DNA of 64,000 nt, taken from the NCBI RefSeq assembly GCF_963921235.1, contig NC_086102.1, positions 44,826,001 through 44,890,000 on the forward strand, in the 5' to 3' direction. This DNA comes from Mobula hypostoma. Lineage: Eukaryota. Below the pieces are notes generated by a model that saw only the letters and a program-made list of their open reading frames with translations, was not told where the DNA came from and searched no databases. Of the stretch, positions 50,650-64,000 are shown one piece after another (the first letter of the stretch is position 1; each line of letters starts with the position of its first letter). A program made the position numbers and the translations under genes.

Positions 50650-51270
50650 AATCATTAACGTAGATTTTAAATAAACCAGTGCTTTATAAAAACTCAACAG
50701 TACATCCTGCAATATAAAAGCAAGGATGTAAATTTTGAGACTTTATAAAGCACTGGTGAGGCCTCACCTGCGGTATTGTGTGCAGTTTTGGGCCCCTCAT
50801 CTTAGAAAGGATGTGCTGAAACTGGAGAGGGTTCAAAGGAGGTTCAAAATGATTCCAGGATTGAATGGCTTGTCATATGAACAACATGATGGCTCTGGGC
50901 CTATATTCTCTAGAATTCACAAGAATAGGGTGACCACATTGAGAACTATTAGATGGTGAAAGGCCTTGACAGAGTGGATGTGGAGGGGATGTTTCCTATG
51001 GTGGGAGAGTCTAAGACCAGAGAACATAGTCTTAGAATAGAGGGGTGCCCTTTTAGAACGAAGATGAAGAGGAATCTCTTTAGCCAGAGAGTGGTGAATA
51101 AGTGGAATTCTTTGCCACAGGCAGCTGTGGAGGCCAAGTCTTTACGCATAATTAAAGCAGAGGTTGATAAGATTCTTGATTGGTCAGGGCATGAAGGGAT
51201 ATGGGGAGATGGTGGGAGACTGGGGCCGAGGGGAAATTTGGATCAGCCATGATGAAATGGCAGCGCAGAG
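50650..51270 (+). mobile_element. CR1 3' fragment (different subfamily)
   Basis: MRLYKALVRPHLRYCVQFWAPHLRKDVLKLERVQRRF; GLDRVDVEGMFPMVGESKTREHSLRIEG. Confidence 0.88.
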
Positions 51271-52314
51271 ACGATGAAGCAAATGACCTAACTCTGTTCC
51301 AATATCTTGAGACCTCAGTAGACCCTACTAGATGCAGCTTTACAACCTGCAAATCCCACCTGTGTTTCCTATTGGCTAGTCTTCTATGCATGCTAATATG
51401 TTTTCTTCCGCAAGCAACTCTTGCTCTGAACAATAATCTATAACATGGTATACTATCAGTCTCTTTTAGAAATTCAAAAGCACCAATCCAATGGCATCAT
51501 TCTGTTTGCTATATCCTTCAGAAACTATAGTTAATGAAATACAATCCAGCAGAGTGAAGTGCTTCATGTTTTTTCCCCCCACATGACCTGCCTTCTAAAT
51601 GACTACGTCCTTAATAATTCCATCACAGCACTTTCCAAATGACAGTGATTAGGCTCGCAAGCTTAAAGTTTCTTAATGCTCTCCTCCTTTCTTAAACAGG
51701 AAAGTATCTTGCAACTTTCCAATCCACTGACTTTTTCAGAATCTAAGAAGCTTTGGAAAAATCACATTTGCAGAGCTACTTACTTTGAGAGTTTCGATGA
51801 TAGGACAAAGTCTTGAAAATTTACCAGTCTTTACTTCCACCAGTCTGTGGCTCTTTATCACCTAGCAATAGAGTTTTAAATCCCTCCTTCTCCTTCACGC
51901 ACTATACTTTATTGTCTACTACCGTGAAATACAAATCATTTGTTCCAAGTCCTTGTTATTTCCCATCTTTACCTTATTCAGTACACTTAAAATCTTGTAT
52001 TTGTTGTTTTTGTATTTCATACTAGCTAACTCTTAGGATATATTTTCCCTTTCATTTAAGTTATCTTTTGCTGATATCAAAATGCTTCCAATCTTATCTA
52101 CCATTAAACTTTGCCTTTACTTTCAGTTTCTTTATACTGAGTACTGAGGACTAAATATAAACCGCTAAACCACTACTTTCAATTTCAGTGTCCCACCTAA
52201 TGACAATTGTGACCACCTGTACTGTATTGACTGTTCAAAATAAAGTTACTCATTAACTAAAAACTGTACTGTTCCCAGCACTGAAGATCTGCATCATTCT
52301 GCCCTGTCTATACT

Positions 52315-52575
52315 CATTCAAGGATTAGCTTTATTTGTCGCATGTACACCGAAACATACAGTGAAATACATTGTTTGCGTTAAATCAAGGCTTGTGCTGG
52401 GTAGCTCACATTTGTTGCAACACTTTCTGCGCCAACATAGCATCCCATAACTCACTACTGCTAACCTTACAGCTTTGGAACGTGGGTGGAAACTGAGAAC
52501 AGACAGCACCATTCGCAGTAGCAAAAACAGAAGCTGATCAACGTTTGCTGGCAATGTAATAGTGTTTCACTAACC
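52315..52575 (-). mobile_element. V-SINE (HE1-like)
   Basis: Tail ggattagctttatttgtcgcatgtacaccgaaacatacagtgaaat on +, as at 16790. Confidence 0.7.
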
Positions 52576-52849
52576 ACTGTGCTATTCATATAAACAATCA
52601 ATTATTTTCCTGCAAGTTTTCTTTTGCATAAACTTTGAAGTATAAAATGCTATATGGAAACTTGTCAAAAATGTTTTTGACAAATGTTACACATCATTTG
52701 CTATGATCCAATGGTGCACCACCAGAGCCAAGTGGCTTATCAAATCAGATTGCAAATGATGCTTTTCAATATGGTATGAAATGCATTTTTTTAAACTTTA
52801 CCTTTTGTTTTAAGCACTTGGGATGATCAGCATCTAATGCAGACTCCAA

Positions 52850-53110
52850 CTACCCTTAAATTAAGTGGCTTTTTAAACCTCTTCAGACAGTGTTTTAGAT
52901 TCAGGAGTCACAAAGGTCAGGATGGGTAATGTTTTCCTACAAAGAGATCCAGATGGGTTTTTAATAATATCATTATTCATGATTAGGTTTTCCTTAAATG
53001 CAAGATCATTAAATAAATTTTAATTCCACAGCTGCCACTCTGGGATTGAACATGGTTCTCTGGACTGTCACTTCATTATCGGACAGGTAACTTAACCACT
53101 ATTTCACTGC
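52850..53110 (-). mobile_element. Old tRNA-headed SINE with Deu-like domain (SacSINE1/AmnSINE-related)
   Basis: Minus strand reads atagtggttaag...atgttcaatccc...gcagctgtggaattaaaattt...aaaaacccatctgg...gtgactcctga. Confidence 0.5.
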
Positions 53111-56100
53111 TGTCACTGTAAGGATGCTGCTCTAATTTACTGGTGATAAACGATTCCATTACATCACACAAAATGAAACATAATTCATATCCTCGTGTCT
53201 GTTTAGTCATTCTTTAAAACACGTACTATATTATCCAATTCCTATCTAATGGACCTCCATTTATGGTGATAAACAGGAACTTAGATATACCCTTTAGTTT
53301 CTCCAACAAATATCTGCCCCGCTGATTGGCTTTGCGCATTTTTCACCCACCTATGTTTCAGTTCATATACAACACAGCTATACATTTTTAAATTGGATAT
53401 TACATTCTGAATATATTGCTCATAATTTCCCTTGATCTCAAATCAGTTTGAAGCCTTGATGTTACTTCATTTGTTATCAGTGTGAACTGAAAGGATTTAT
53501 TCTATAATTGGTTAACTCCCCCACCACACACTAATCTGATTTAAAGAAATCTTTGGGTACACTCACTTCACTCAGAAGTTGGAGGTAATAAAACACATGG
53601 GTTTGTGATTGACAGAAGTCTGTAATATTGCAGGAGAGGAGTTGGGGTTACATGCTTGGAAAATTCTTACGTCCTACACCTCTCAAAAAAAGCTAACAAG
53701 CAATGAAGGTTTTCGTTCAGGTAGCTTTACAACAGCCAGACAGCACGAGAAATAAAGGCAAGACGTAACAGTGAAAGAAGCGTCATCTGTACATGTGCAC
53801 ATGAAATAAGGAACTTTATCCACACCTATTTACTGTGCTCATATCCAGTTGATAATGCTTCTCCATTTCAGTGGTTAGGGATTTATTGCCATTTAACTAC
53901 TGTTGATCAAAGCACTGGAAATTTGATTGATTTTACCACAATGCTACCAATAAACGGTGTGAACCGGGTTTTAATGAAGCTCAAATCAATAAAAAATAAA
54001 TAATGCATCTAAATGGTATTCTGCATCCAGGAGAGAATGACAGCATTTAAAAAAAAATCATTAAGGGAATTTCTGAAAACCCGGATGTGCCTCTCCAGAT
54101 TAGCAATGGAACTAGCTGGGCTACAGAGAACTACTAGCTCTCAGTATTTTATATTTTGTTTCCCCATACATTACAATCCATTCCTCCGCACAAAATATTA
54201 AACCCACTTTGAATACTTTACCCTTTCACAACAAGAACAAGACTCAGGACTAAAAGGCAAGTTGATTGTTTTAAATGATGAGATTAATATTTCCTAGTAG
54301 GGGATTGATTGGTGCCTGATGTTAATTCTGCACACTATAATTCACTTTAAAGACCCTACTCCCCATTTGATTGCATTATTCTAGAATAAACTCCCCAAAT
54401 TGTTATTGCAGTACTAATGGTTGCTGAAATGATTGAGGTCTGGTGTATTGTAAAGTATAAAACTGATGTCCAGTAATTCAGTTATGTGGTGGAAACTGAG
54501 AACTCCACAGAGTATGAATGGAATTTGGGAACTCCCCAGTTAACATTTCTGCATCAAGATTTAAGCAACTGACTCCTAGTCAACAAAAAAATAGAAGAAA
54601 TATGAGAAAACCAAGAGTCACTGGATCCCTCAAGTCTTCCCTGCCATAGAATATGATCCTGGCTGATCTTTCCTAAGCGCTACCTCCTCTTCCATGTCAG
54701 TTTCCCATATCACTTGATTCTTTTCCAAAATGATACCGCTGCCTCTTTAAATACCCCCAAATCAGGCAGCCTCCGCACAGATAGATCAGAATTGGTGTGA
54801 ATGTGATGTTGCACATTAGTGTTGTTAGTTTCAGTTTTCACATTATTGGCTCATAGAACTTTATTGTAAAGCTCGATCGCTACCGCACAAATTCTACTAC
54901 AATGAGCAAGGATAAAAATATCACAGAGTGACAGTAGACCCACTGATGAAGACTTCAGTTCAGTCTTGCATTCTCTGAGATATTTGGCCAAACCATGATA
55001 CCAGTTGATGAAATTTTAGTATGCAATGTGAGGTTTGCTGCAGTTGTGTCAAACCCTGCCCTAAAAACAAAAGCAGTACTGGCCAGTTATCTGAAAAACT
55101 ACCCGTAGTGCAAGAAATGGGACCCTGTACAGAGTCTGTTAGGACAAATGAAAACATGTCAACTTTTAAAAACTTGAAAGCAGTTGATTTGTACATTGGA
55201 ACCTTCAACAAACAGCAATCTGAGATGTTCATTCCAGGGTAAATATTTCATCTGCAAATGAAGCCTTGGGATCTTTATTAGTCATGCTTGAGAGTTGGGA
55301 CAGAGAGAGCTCTTGCAACAGTGCAGAGTTTTGCATGAGTATTAGCGTCAAACATGGTTCAGATTTCTGGAGCGCAACATGACTCTGTGACATTCTGCTT
55401 CAGGAGGTTAACTCACTTAAATCTTACTAAAACTGGATGCAAATATGCCTTCTTGTTCATTGTACCACTGAACCATTCCACTGAAGGAAAAACATTCATT
55501 CCACTTTCAATATGCAAGCCCGTGTTTTGCACAATAGAATTTATTACACCCATTTATATACATGAGTTGTAAAAATGTCAAGCAATAGTAGTTAAGTAGA
55601 GCCAAAGAACTTAGTTTCTTGCCACTTCAATCAGGATTTTTAAATTTACCAGCTGACTTAGTTATATTATTCTGGAGTATAACCATTGCAATATCCACAC
55701 TTTCCTTTGTCATCTGCTGGAATTGTTTCACATTATGTTGGTGAGTCCCAGAAATTATTGTGCTCCCATCTAATGATTATTAGGAAATGCAGGATACTTA
55801 ATAGAAATCTGCTTACAGAATCAAATAAGGACTCCCAATTTCAAGAAGTCCATGACTCATTTACATTCCTAAACCATTTAAAAAAAATTTTATCTGGTAA
55901 AACAAGGAATTGGGTAAAGGAATTAAATGCTCACAAAATTACAAGCAATGCTGTGGGTATAATGCTGGTTTTATTCACAAACGCAGCAGAAATTTTTAAA
56001 GGGAAAACAATTCTGCTGTATTTAAATGTTGTTTTGATTTGAACTAGGAAATGCAATCATAGGATCCACTATATGGCCAATTCATCTCTCCAGCTCAATT

Positions 56101-56749
56101 TTCCTGCATTGTTTTAAATATCCCTCAATGATAAATAAAATACCTTCTTCCTTTTAAATATGCAACTGATTTCTTTTTAAAAGCATTACACATTTGTTAC
56201 AATAGCCACTTGTGGTAAAGCATTCCAAATTTTAATAACGCCTTTATGCCCATCCATGTTCTGGTGATAATCCTAAACATATGTTTCTTATTACTAGTCT
56301 ACCAACTGCTAGAAACAATCATGTACTTTCTGAATGTCTTTCCAAGTTCCAAAACCACAAATGAATCTGTCCAAAGTCCTTTGGCTCTAGCGAAACAAAT
56401 CATCAATATTTAATACACTTCATGAAACTTCCAGTTTTGATTCCATGAAATCTCTGATTTTCTTTTCCATGACTAATCTATCTTTTCTATAAAACACCTG
56501 GAGAGAGTTATGCTGGTGGTGATTACATTCCTAGAAAACAATCTGTATCATGATTTTCTATAGCGCTACGCTGTGTCATTTGAGGAGACCTCAAGAGAGG
56601 CAAGTTGAAGAAGTATTATTTTTTCTATCTACCTTTTATGCACTCCCCCAAAACATTCCATGAAAGCCAATTTTAACCCACATTTGTGAATTCTGCAAGG
56701 GCAACTTTCCATGAAATGAGTGGCCATAATACAGGATCACTAGTATAAA

Positions 56750-56881
56750 CACAAGTTTCTGCAGATACTGGAAATCCAGAGGACACATACAAAATGCTGG
56801 AGGAACTCAGCAGGTGAGGCAGCATCTATGGAAATGAATAAACAGTTGACGTTTGAGGCTGACACCCTTCATCAGGACTGG
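56750..56881 (-). mobile_element. Penelope pLTR end with hammerhead remnant
   Basis: 56843-56880 minus: CAGUC CUGAUGA AGGG UGUCAG CCU CAAAC GUC AACUG (G12 changed to C), followed by tagatgctgcctcacctgctgagttcctccagcattttg. Confidence 0.75.
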
Positions 56882-57724
56882 TAGTATAAATCCAGTCTCC
56901 AGAATAAATCTATTCAGCACCGCTAGCTGATTACAGCACAGATGAATTGCATTTATAGGAGACTACCACTTCAGAAGTAAATGGTTATTCTGAAATTCCA
57001 AATTCTTGAGCAATCACTGGCTGGGATTGAGGACATCATAAACCAAGTAAAGAGGCTCCAGAAGAAGATGAACAGCCAGAAGCTGTGGATTATGGGGAAT
57101 GATTAAACTAGACAAGAGCCTTATAAAAGAGCGGCAAACAGATCTTGAGTCAAAATCTAGTCTAACCATAACATTCAGGGTAGTGGTTGCTGGAGTAAGT
57201 ACGAAAGAAATGAGACACAGATTTTCTTCCCTTACAACACAGGCGTAGGTTATTCGGCCCATCGAGTATATCATCAAGGTTATCAAGTCCCTCGGTTAGA
57301 GGACCGTGTGGGCATGTCTGGAAACACCACGCCGGTCAATAGGTCTAGAGTAACACAAGCGATCCCTGAGCACGGACATCAGGTTAGCAGGCCATCCTGT
57401 GATGCCTGAGGTCAAGGACAGCAGTCACAGGGTCCTGATGATGAGGGCCAGTGAGCCTCTATGCATGGTGGAGGATAGCAAGGGGTTTTGCGTGTTTGTC
57501 TCAGCTGAACATTGTGGGCAAGCTATGTTGGCAGTGGAAATGTGTCCCTTAAACTATACTGGTTAATAATGCAAACAATGCATTTCACTGTACGGTTCGA
57601 TGTACATGTGACCAGTAAGTTTGATCTAATCTAGATTCTGAATCTCAGAACAATATCATCCATCCCATTCTCCACTTATTTTCCTCTAATGCACATTCTG
57701 CACAGTTCCAAAGATTCTATTATT

Positions 57725-58370
57725 GAATTGAATTGACTTTATTACTTACATCCTTCACATACATGAGGAATAAACATCTTCGTTACGTCTGTCTAAATGT
57801 GCAATTTACAGTAATTTGTAATAAATAGTATGTACAACCGGACAGTCGATATAGCATAGAGATACAATTTTATCAGCGTGAATTAATCAGTCTGATGGCC
57901 TGGTGGAAGAAGCTGTCCCGGAGCCTGTTGGTCCTGGCTTTTATGCTGCGGTACCGTTTCCCAATGGCAGCAGCTGGAACAGTTTGTGGTCTGGGGCCCC
58001 TTTTACACAGCTGTCTCTGTAAGTGTCCTGAATCATGGGAAGTTCACATCCACAGATGCACTGGGCTGTCTGCACCACTCTCTGTATAGTCCTGTGATTG
58101 AGGGAAGTACAGTTCCCATACCAGGCAGTGATGCAGCCAGTCAGGATTCTCTCAACTATGCTGTTGTAGAAAGTCCTTAAGATTTGGGGACTCATACCAA
58201 ATTTCTTCAACCATCTGAGGTGAAAGAGCCAGTATGCACAGACGATGTGAGATCCTCGGTGAAATGTATGCCGAGGAACATAAAGCTGTTCACCTTCTCA
58301 ACCCCAGATCCATTGATGTCGATGGGCGTTAGCCTATTTCCATTTCTCCTGTAGTCCACAACCAGCTCCT
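57725..58370 (-). mobile_element. Rex1/Babar-like 3' fragment
   Basis: KKFGMSPQILRTFYNSIVERILTGCITAWYGNCT...HKLFQLLP; (TCAAT)n tail. Confidence 0.85.
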
Positions 58371-59284
58371 TTGCTTACTGATCTGCATCGAAAGATGCAA
58401 TATAATCTTCAGACCTGCATGTTGTTGGAATGAGAGAAAAACATCACTGCACCCAGTGGAAACCCACAAAGTGACAGGGAGAATGTGCATACTGAACACA
58501 GGCAGCTCTGGGGGTCTGACCTGAATCAGGATCAGTTCTCCCCTTGTCACCATATACTTGAAAATAATATCAAAAGGAAATGCAAGGTAACTTAGAACTA
58601 TGTTCAAAGGATAATAATGCTAAAGGTCTGCCCATAGATGATGCAGGAGAGAGCAGAATACGCAAGGAAATGGTAGACTTTAATTTGAAAATATAGCGAA
58701 GCTGTTCCATTAAGGAAGAGGAGAGCAGTTTACAGGAACCTATAAGTGACTTAACAGGAGGAGCACGATTTAGGTAGCTGATTTAGGAACTGTGTCTTTG
58801 GTTTTGAAAAATACAAATGTTACTTCTTTATTTAATAAAGTGAAGTAGAAACAAAATAACATGCAAGTTTAACATCAATTACGAGGGAAATTTTATGCCC
58901 AAGATCATCTGATCAAAAAAGCCCCAGAATGAATTTCAGGAAGGAATGTTAAAAGTTGCATGTTACATTGTCAGTAGAAATGAAACAATTTTTTAAATTT
59001 ATTCACTTATGGGAAGTGGACGTGGCCAGCTAAGCCAGCATTTATTGCGCATCCCTAGTTGCCCTTGAGAAGGTGGTGATGAGCTAACGTAATATATCAT
59101 TTTACTGAGGAGCTGATTGTGCTCATCTAGATAGTGGAATGGAGCACTTTGAATGCACCTGAGGAGAGAGTGTCTCATTTTAAAAATTCAACAATACCAC
59201 TGCAACAATAGACTGGAAAAAAAAACCTCTAATACATCACCAAAATCCCAAACAAATTGGATTACTGGGAGTTTTACTGTAGAA

Positions 59285-60200
59285 AGGAGTTAGCACGACA
59301 CTACTACAGCTCAGGGTGCCAAGCCAGAGTTCAGAGTTCAATTCTGGCTCCTTCTGTCAGGAGTTTGTACATCATTCCCGTGAATGTGTGGATCTCCTCC
59401 GAATGCTCTAGTGTCTTCCCACGTTCCAAAGACGCACAGTTTAGCAGGTCATTGTAGATCGTCCTGTGATTAGTCTAGGGTTAGCTGGTCATTGTAGGTC
59501 GTCCTGTGATTAGTCTAGGGTTAGCTGTTCATTGTAGGTCGTCCTGTGATTAGTCTAGGGTTAGCTGTTCATTGTAGGTCGTCCTGTGATTAGTCTAGGG
59601 TTAGCTGTTCATTGTAGGTCGTCCTGTGATTAGTCTAGGGTTAGCTGGTCATTGTAGATCGTCCTGTGATTAGTCTAGGGTTAGCTGTTCATTGTAGGTC
59701 GTCCTGTGATTAGTCTAGGGTTAGCTGTTCATTGTAGGTCGTCCTGTGATTAGTCTAGGGTTAGCTGTTCATTGTAGGTCGTCCTGTGATTAGTCTAGGG
59801 TTAGCTGTTCATTGTAGGTCGTCCTGTGATTAGTCTAGGGTTAGCTGTTCATTGTAGGTCGTCCTGTGATTAGTCTAGGGTTAGCTGTTCATTGTAGGTC
59901 GTCCTGTGATTAGTCTAGGGTTAGCTGTTCATTGTAGAGCGTCCTGTGATTAGTCTAGGGTTAGCTGGTCATTGTAGATCGTCCTGTGATTAGTCTAGGG
60001 TTAGCTGGTCATTGTAGATCGTCCTGTGATTAGTCTAGGGTTAGCTGGTCATTGTAGATCGTCCTGTGATTAGTCTAGGGTTAGCTGGTCATTGTAGATC
60101 GTCCTGTGTTTAGTCTAGGGTTAAATAGGTGGGTTCCGGGTGATGCAGCTCATTGGGGCAGAAGGGCCTGTTCCGTGCTGTTTACCCAAACAAGTAAAAT
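59285..60200 (+). mobile_element. V-SINE expanded by an internal minisatellite
   Basis: 5' part gagttcaattc B box + ggagtttgtacatcattcccgtgaatgtgtggatctcctcc; 3' part ttaaataggtgggttcc...aaacaagtaaaataaat aligns with the uninterrupted copy at 18001-18300. Confidence 0.85.
59441..60120. repeat. Minisatellite, 17 x 40 bp
   Basis: Unit TTAGCTG(G/T)TCATTGTAG(A/G)TCGTCCTGTGATTAGTCTAGGG, counted directly; no spacers. Confidence 0.98.
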
Positions 60201-60251
60201 AAATCCATCCAAATGTATATAATCGAAGCTTAACCTCTGGAAGATTAGCCA

Positions 60252-61473
60252 ACACGTACGTTCGAATGCTGTTCATAGACTTGAGTTCAGCATTCAACAC
60301 AACCATTCCTCAGAAACTGATAGGAAAGCTGAGCCTACTGGGCCTGAACACCTCCCTCTGCAACTGGATCCTAGACTTCCTGACTGGGAGACCTCAGTCA
60401 GTCTGGATCGGGGGCAGCATCTCCAACACCATCACACTGAGAACGGGGGCACCCCCAGGGCTGTGTGCTCAGTCCACTGCTGTTCACTCTGCTGACCCAC
60501 AACTGTGCTGGAACACACAGCTCAAACCACATCATGAATTTTACCGATGACACGACCGTGGTGGGTCTCATCAGCAACAGCGATGAGTCAGCATACAGAG
60601 AGGAGGTGCAGCGGTGCAGAGCCAACAACCTGACTCCGAATGTGAAACAAGACAAAAGAGATGGCTGTTGACTTCAGGAGGACACGGAGTGACCACTTTC
60701 CACTGAACATCGACGACTCCTCCGTAGAGATCGTTAAGAGCACCAAATTTCGTGGTGTTCACCTGCTCCCTCAACACCAGCTCCATAGCAAAGAAAGCCC
60801 AGCAGCGTCTCTACTTTCTGTGAAGGCTGAGAAAAGTCCATCTCCCACCCCCGATCCTCACCACATTCTACAGAGGTTGTATTGAGAGCATCCTGAGCAG
60901 CTGCATCATGGCCTGGTTCGGAAATTGCACCATCTCAGATCGCAAGACCCTGCAGCGGATAGTGAGGCCAGCTGAGAAGATCATCAGGGTCTCTCTTCCC
61001 GCCATTACAGACATTTACACCACACGCTGCACCCATAAAGCAAATAGCATTATGAAGGACCCCACGCACCCCTCATACAAACTCTTCTCCCTCCTGCCAT
61101 CTGGAAAAAGGCACCGAAGCATTCGGGCTATCACGACCAGACTACATAAGTTTCTTCCCCCAAGCCATCAGACACCTCAATACCCAGAGCCTGGACTGAC
61201 ACCAACCTACTACTGTATACCCTCTACTGTGCCTACTGTCTTGTTTATTATTTATTATTTATTGTAGTGCCTGCACTGTTTTGTGCACTTTATGCAGTCC
61301 TGGATAGGTCTGTAGTCTAGTGTAGTTTTTGTGTTTTTTCTTACGTAATTCAGTGTAGTTTTTGTACTATTTCATGTAGCACCATGGTCCTGGAAAACGT
61401 CATCTCATTTTTTTACTATGTTCTGTACCAGCAGTTATAGTTGAAATGACAATAAAAAGTGACTTGACTTGAA
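60252..61473 (+). mobile_element. Rex1/Babar-like LINE RT 3' portion (5'-truncated)
   Basis: [12 protein letters not shown]...LCNWILDFL...[10 protein letters not shown]...[11 protein letters not shown]...DPTHPSYKLFSLLPSGKR; tail aataaaaagtgacttgacttga. Confidence 0.92.
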
Positions 61474-63025
61474 TGGAACAATATTTTTAAACTGGGTTAC
61501 GATATGTAAAAGAATTATGATTAAAACAGTGAAGGCATAGATCAGTCAGAGTACATCTAAAGGCACATCAATTTCAAATGGCTGACTGTCACATTCCTTC
61601 ATTCCCTTCACCATTTTCCCACCCATCACTGCCACATATCTTCTGTGGCAATGACAGCCATGGGAACTTCAAGGTTGAATGGAATCCAAGTTTGCTTTCG
61701 AGCTTCACCCTTGAGACTTTATTATTAATTTTGCTGTCAATGACACCACACAGATGGGGAGAATATTCAGTGAAAACATTTTAACAGGCCAAGAGGAGAA
61801 GCCAGCACAATGTGAAGCACCAGCACAGAAAGACATCAAGGTGTATGTAAAGTCTATGAAAGGCAAGCGTAGATCAGTGAAGGTGGCAAGGTTGGTAGAA
61901 ATAATGGGAGAAGATCAAATTGCATCATATTAGCCTTCCCAGCGTTCTTCATTTATGCATAAAGGTGTTCAGAATTTCAAAGGTTAAGCTTTAATAAACA
62001 CAACTGGAGACATTGTGCAAGAAGATTTTACTCCATTCCTCCAAGTTAAATTTTCTGATCAAAGCCAAATAAAATACAAAGCAAAAACAAAAGCGGCTGG
62101 AATATTTTTGTGAGGCATCAGTCAGTGCCCATTACGGTCCAGTAAGATAATTGTCTTTCATTGCATCTAATCACAGAGTCAAGATTTCACAGAACACTTC
62201 AAATCCAATTAAAGTACTTTGAAGCTTAGTTGTAGCTCTGCTGACAATGGAAACGGAACAAAGTAATTATAATCCATTCTTTTAGTCCTGGAGGTTTGGA
62301 GAGAAATATATCATTCAGGATATTGCTGGAACACCCTGCTCATCTGGACATTACAATAGAGTATTTTTTAAAAATAGGACTTTCACTACATCCCTGCTAA
62401 TAATGCACACTATTGCAATGAGGCATCATCCTAGATTAATTATGTGCGAGTGTAAACATTTCAAGGTAACCTTGTGGAAAATAGTAGAAATATTGAGTCT
62501 CTGTACAATCTGACCTTTAGATATGTTGGATAGGAATGTTTCTGTAAACAATAATTTTAGCCTACCACAAAAAAAGTGACTAATTCAGACACAAGGAATG
62601 CAACAATACATATTTTTATAGAGAAGCAACAAAGTTTTACACTGCCTAATGTACATTTTAGTTGATTGAAAAGCAGGCATTTTGTGCTACAATAGGCAAA
62701 CACTGTAGAGCAATATAACCACTGGACCAAAAATTACTGTTGGCTGGCTGGCAGGCAGGCCACAAGCTGCCGTTTAGCTGCAGAACAAATCTCAACACGT
62801 TCCAGACCTGCAACACAGAAATACAAAGCATGCTGGGGGTCACAAAGGGCATCTTGCTTTGCCAAGACTTATAAAAATGTTCAGATCCCAATGGTTGTAT
62901 TTGCTACCATACTACTCAGCTTTATGCCAGGCATAACTGCTGCATTTTATAAGGCATCCTTTATTTGAATAAAGTTAACAGCCTGAAGATAAGGCAAGTA
63001 ATTTTGTGTTTTTTTAAATATCACT

Positions 63026-63068
63026 GTATAGTATAGTTTGTATATCATATATACAAACTATACTATAC
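63026..63068. repeat. Perfect AT-rich inverted repeat (20-bp arms, 3-nt spacer)
   Basis: gtatagtatagtttgtatat-cat-atatacaaactatactatac. Confidence 0.9.
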
Positions 63069-63639
63069 TGTATATCATAGATCTGTTTAACTTTTTTATT
63101 ATTTTAATCAATTTCTCCTCTAATTAGAGACATTTTAAAATGTCTCAGTGTGAGTGATGCTCAGGCCTGGTTGCCACTCTCAGCTCACTCTGCTTATGAA
63201 CAGCTGTGGAATCAAGGCCTCGACGTTATTATGAAGCCCAGTTGCACGATTAGCAGAAGGGACAGGTATAGTAAGAGGGCCGATGTGTGGAACTGAAAGA
63301 AAGGATGTACATTAAGGACCTGTATTGAGGACAATCCAACAATTAACACCAACTCAGCTCCAATGGAAAAAATGAATTGGATGACTGCACTTCACAAAAC
63401 GAAATCTTCACAGATCTTCATTTTACCAAGTGCCTTTATTCAATGTTTACAATAGAGACAGCAGGAGGCGGCTATTCACTCTCAAACCTGCACCAGCAGT
63501 GAAATTCATGAAGTAACCAAGATCATGGGTGATCGCCCACAAAAAACAGTTTTCCTGCATATATGCTTATCTCTTGAATCCCTTAAATATCCAAAAAATT
63601 TTTCACTTTAGTTTTGAATGTTATCTGTGACAGACTTTG

Positions 63640-64000
63640 CTGTAACCTGGAGTGGAGAATTTAAGTTTCACCATTCCCCTAGTAAAGAAATTTCCCTTCA
63701 TTTCAGTCCTAAATGACCTATTCTTTACTTTTAGTGTGACCCCAGTTTACAGACAGCTGAGGGAAACATCTTCCCCCATCTACACTTTCGAGTCCTGCAG
63801 GACTTCTGTACATTTTCATGAGGTAATTTCTTTTTCCTCTGCACTCTGGATTTACGATGAACGCTCATGCTGAGCACCATCGATGTTTAGAAGTAGTCTA
63901 TCAATCTCTCCTGATAATACAAATTTACCATCCCAACAACATTGCTACATTCCCCCTACAGCAAGTGCGTTCGTTTTTAGATGATGAAACCAAATTGCTA
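63640..64000 (-). mobile_element. Old CR1 3' fragment (runs off the window)
   Basis: agaaatttcccttcatttcagtcctaaatgacc...gggaaacatcttccccatctacac, typical decayed CR1 terminal sequence. Confidence 0.55.

Noticed and set aside
59441-60120. CRISPR-like array
   Set aside because: Units are head-to-tail with no unique spacers, sit inside a SINE in vertebrate DNA, and have no cas genes nearby.
22038-64000. PTGFRN exon 1 (signal peptide)
   Set aside because: I found no ATG-initiated hydrophobic stretch ending in a phase-1 donor and no non-repeat CpG island; it probably lies beyond the window.

Overview
Vertebrate genomic DNA, not prokaryotic. The repeat content (V-SINE/HE1-like SINEs, esterase-bearing CR1 LINEs, Penelope palindromes) suggests a cartilaginous fish, probably a ray; this is an inference. 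One protein-coding gene lies on the minus strand: a PTGFRN (CD9P-1/EWI-F) orthologue. Coding exons 2-9 span 22037 down to 3353, encode six Ig V-type domains, a TM helix and a short tail, and all have canonical AG/GT sites in phase 1. The signal-peptide exon 1 was not found and probably lies beyond 64000, so intron 1 is >42 kb. Introns are filled with mobile elements: two long CR1 LINEs, Rex1/Babar-like fragments, Penelope fragments with hammerhead-ribozyme motifs, a Hero/R2-type RLE fragment, a Tigger-like DNA element, several SINE families, and a 17x40-bp minisatellite inside a SINE. No CRISPR, rRNA or true tRNA gene was seen. All family assignments come from motif recognition by eye, not database searches. 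Repeat boundaries are approximate unless TIRs or TSDs are quoted.
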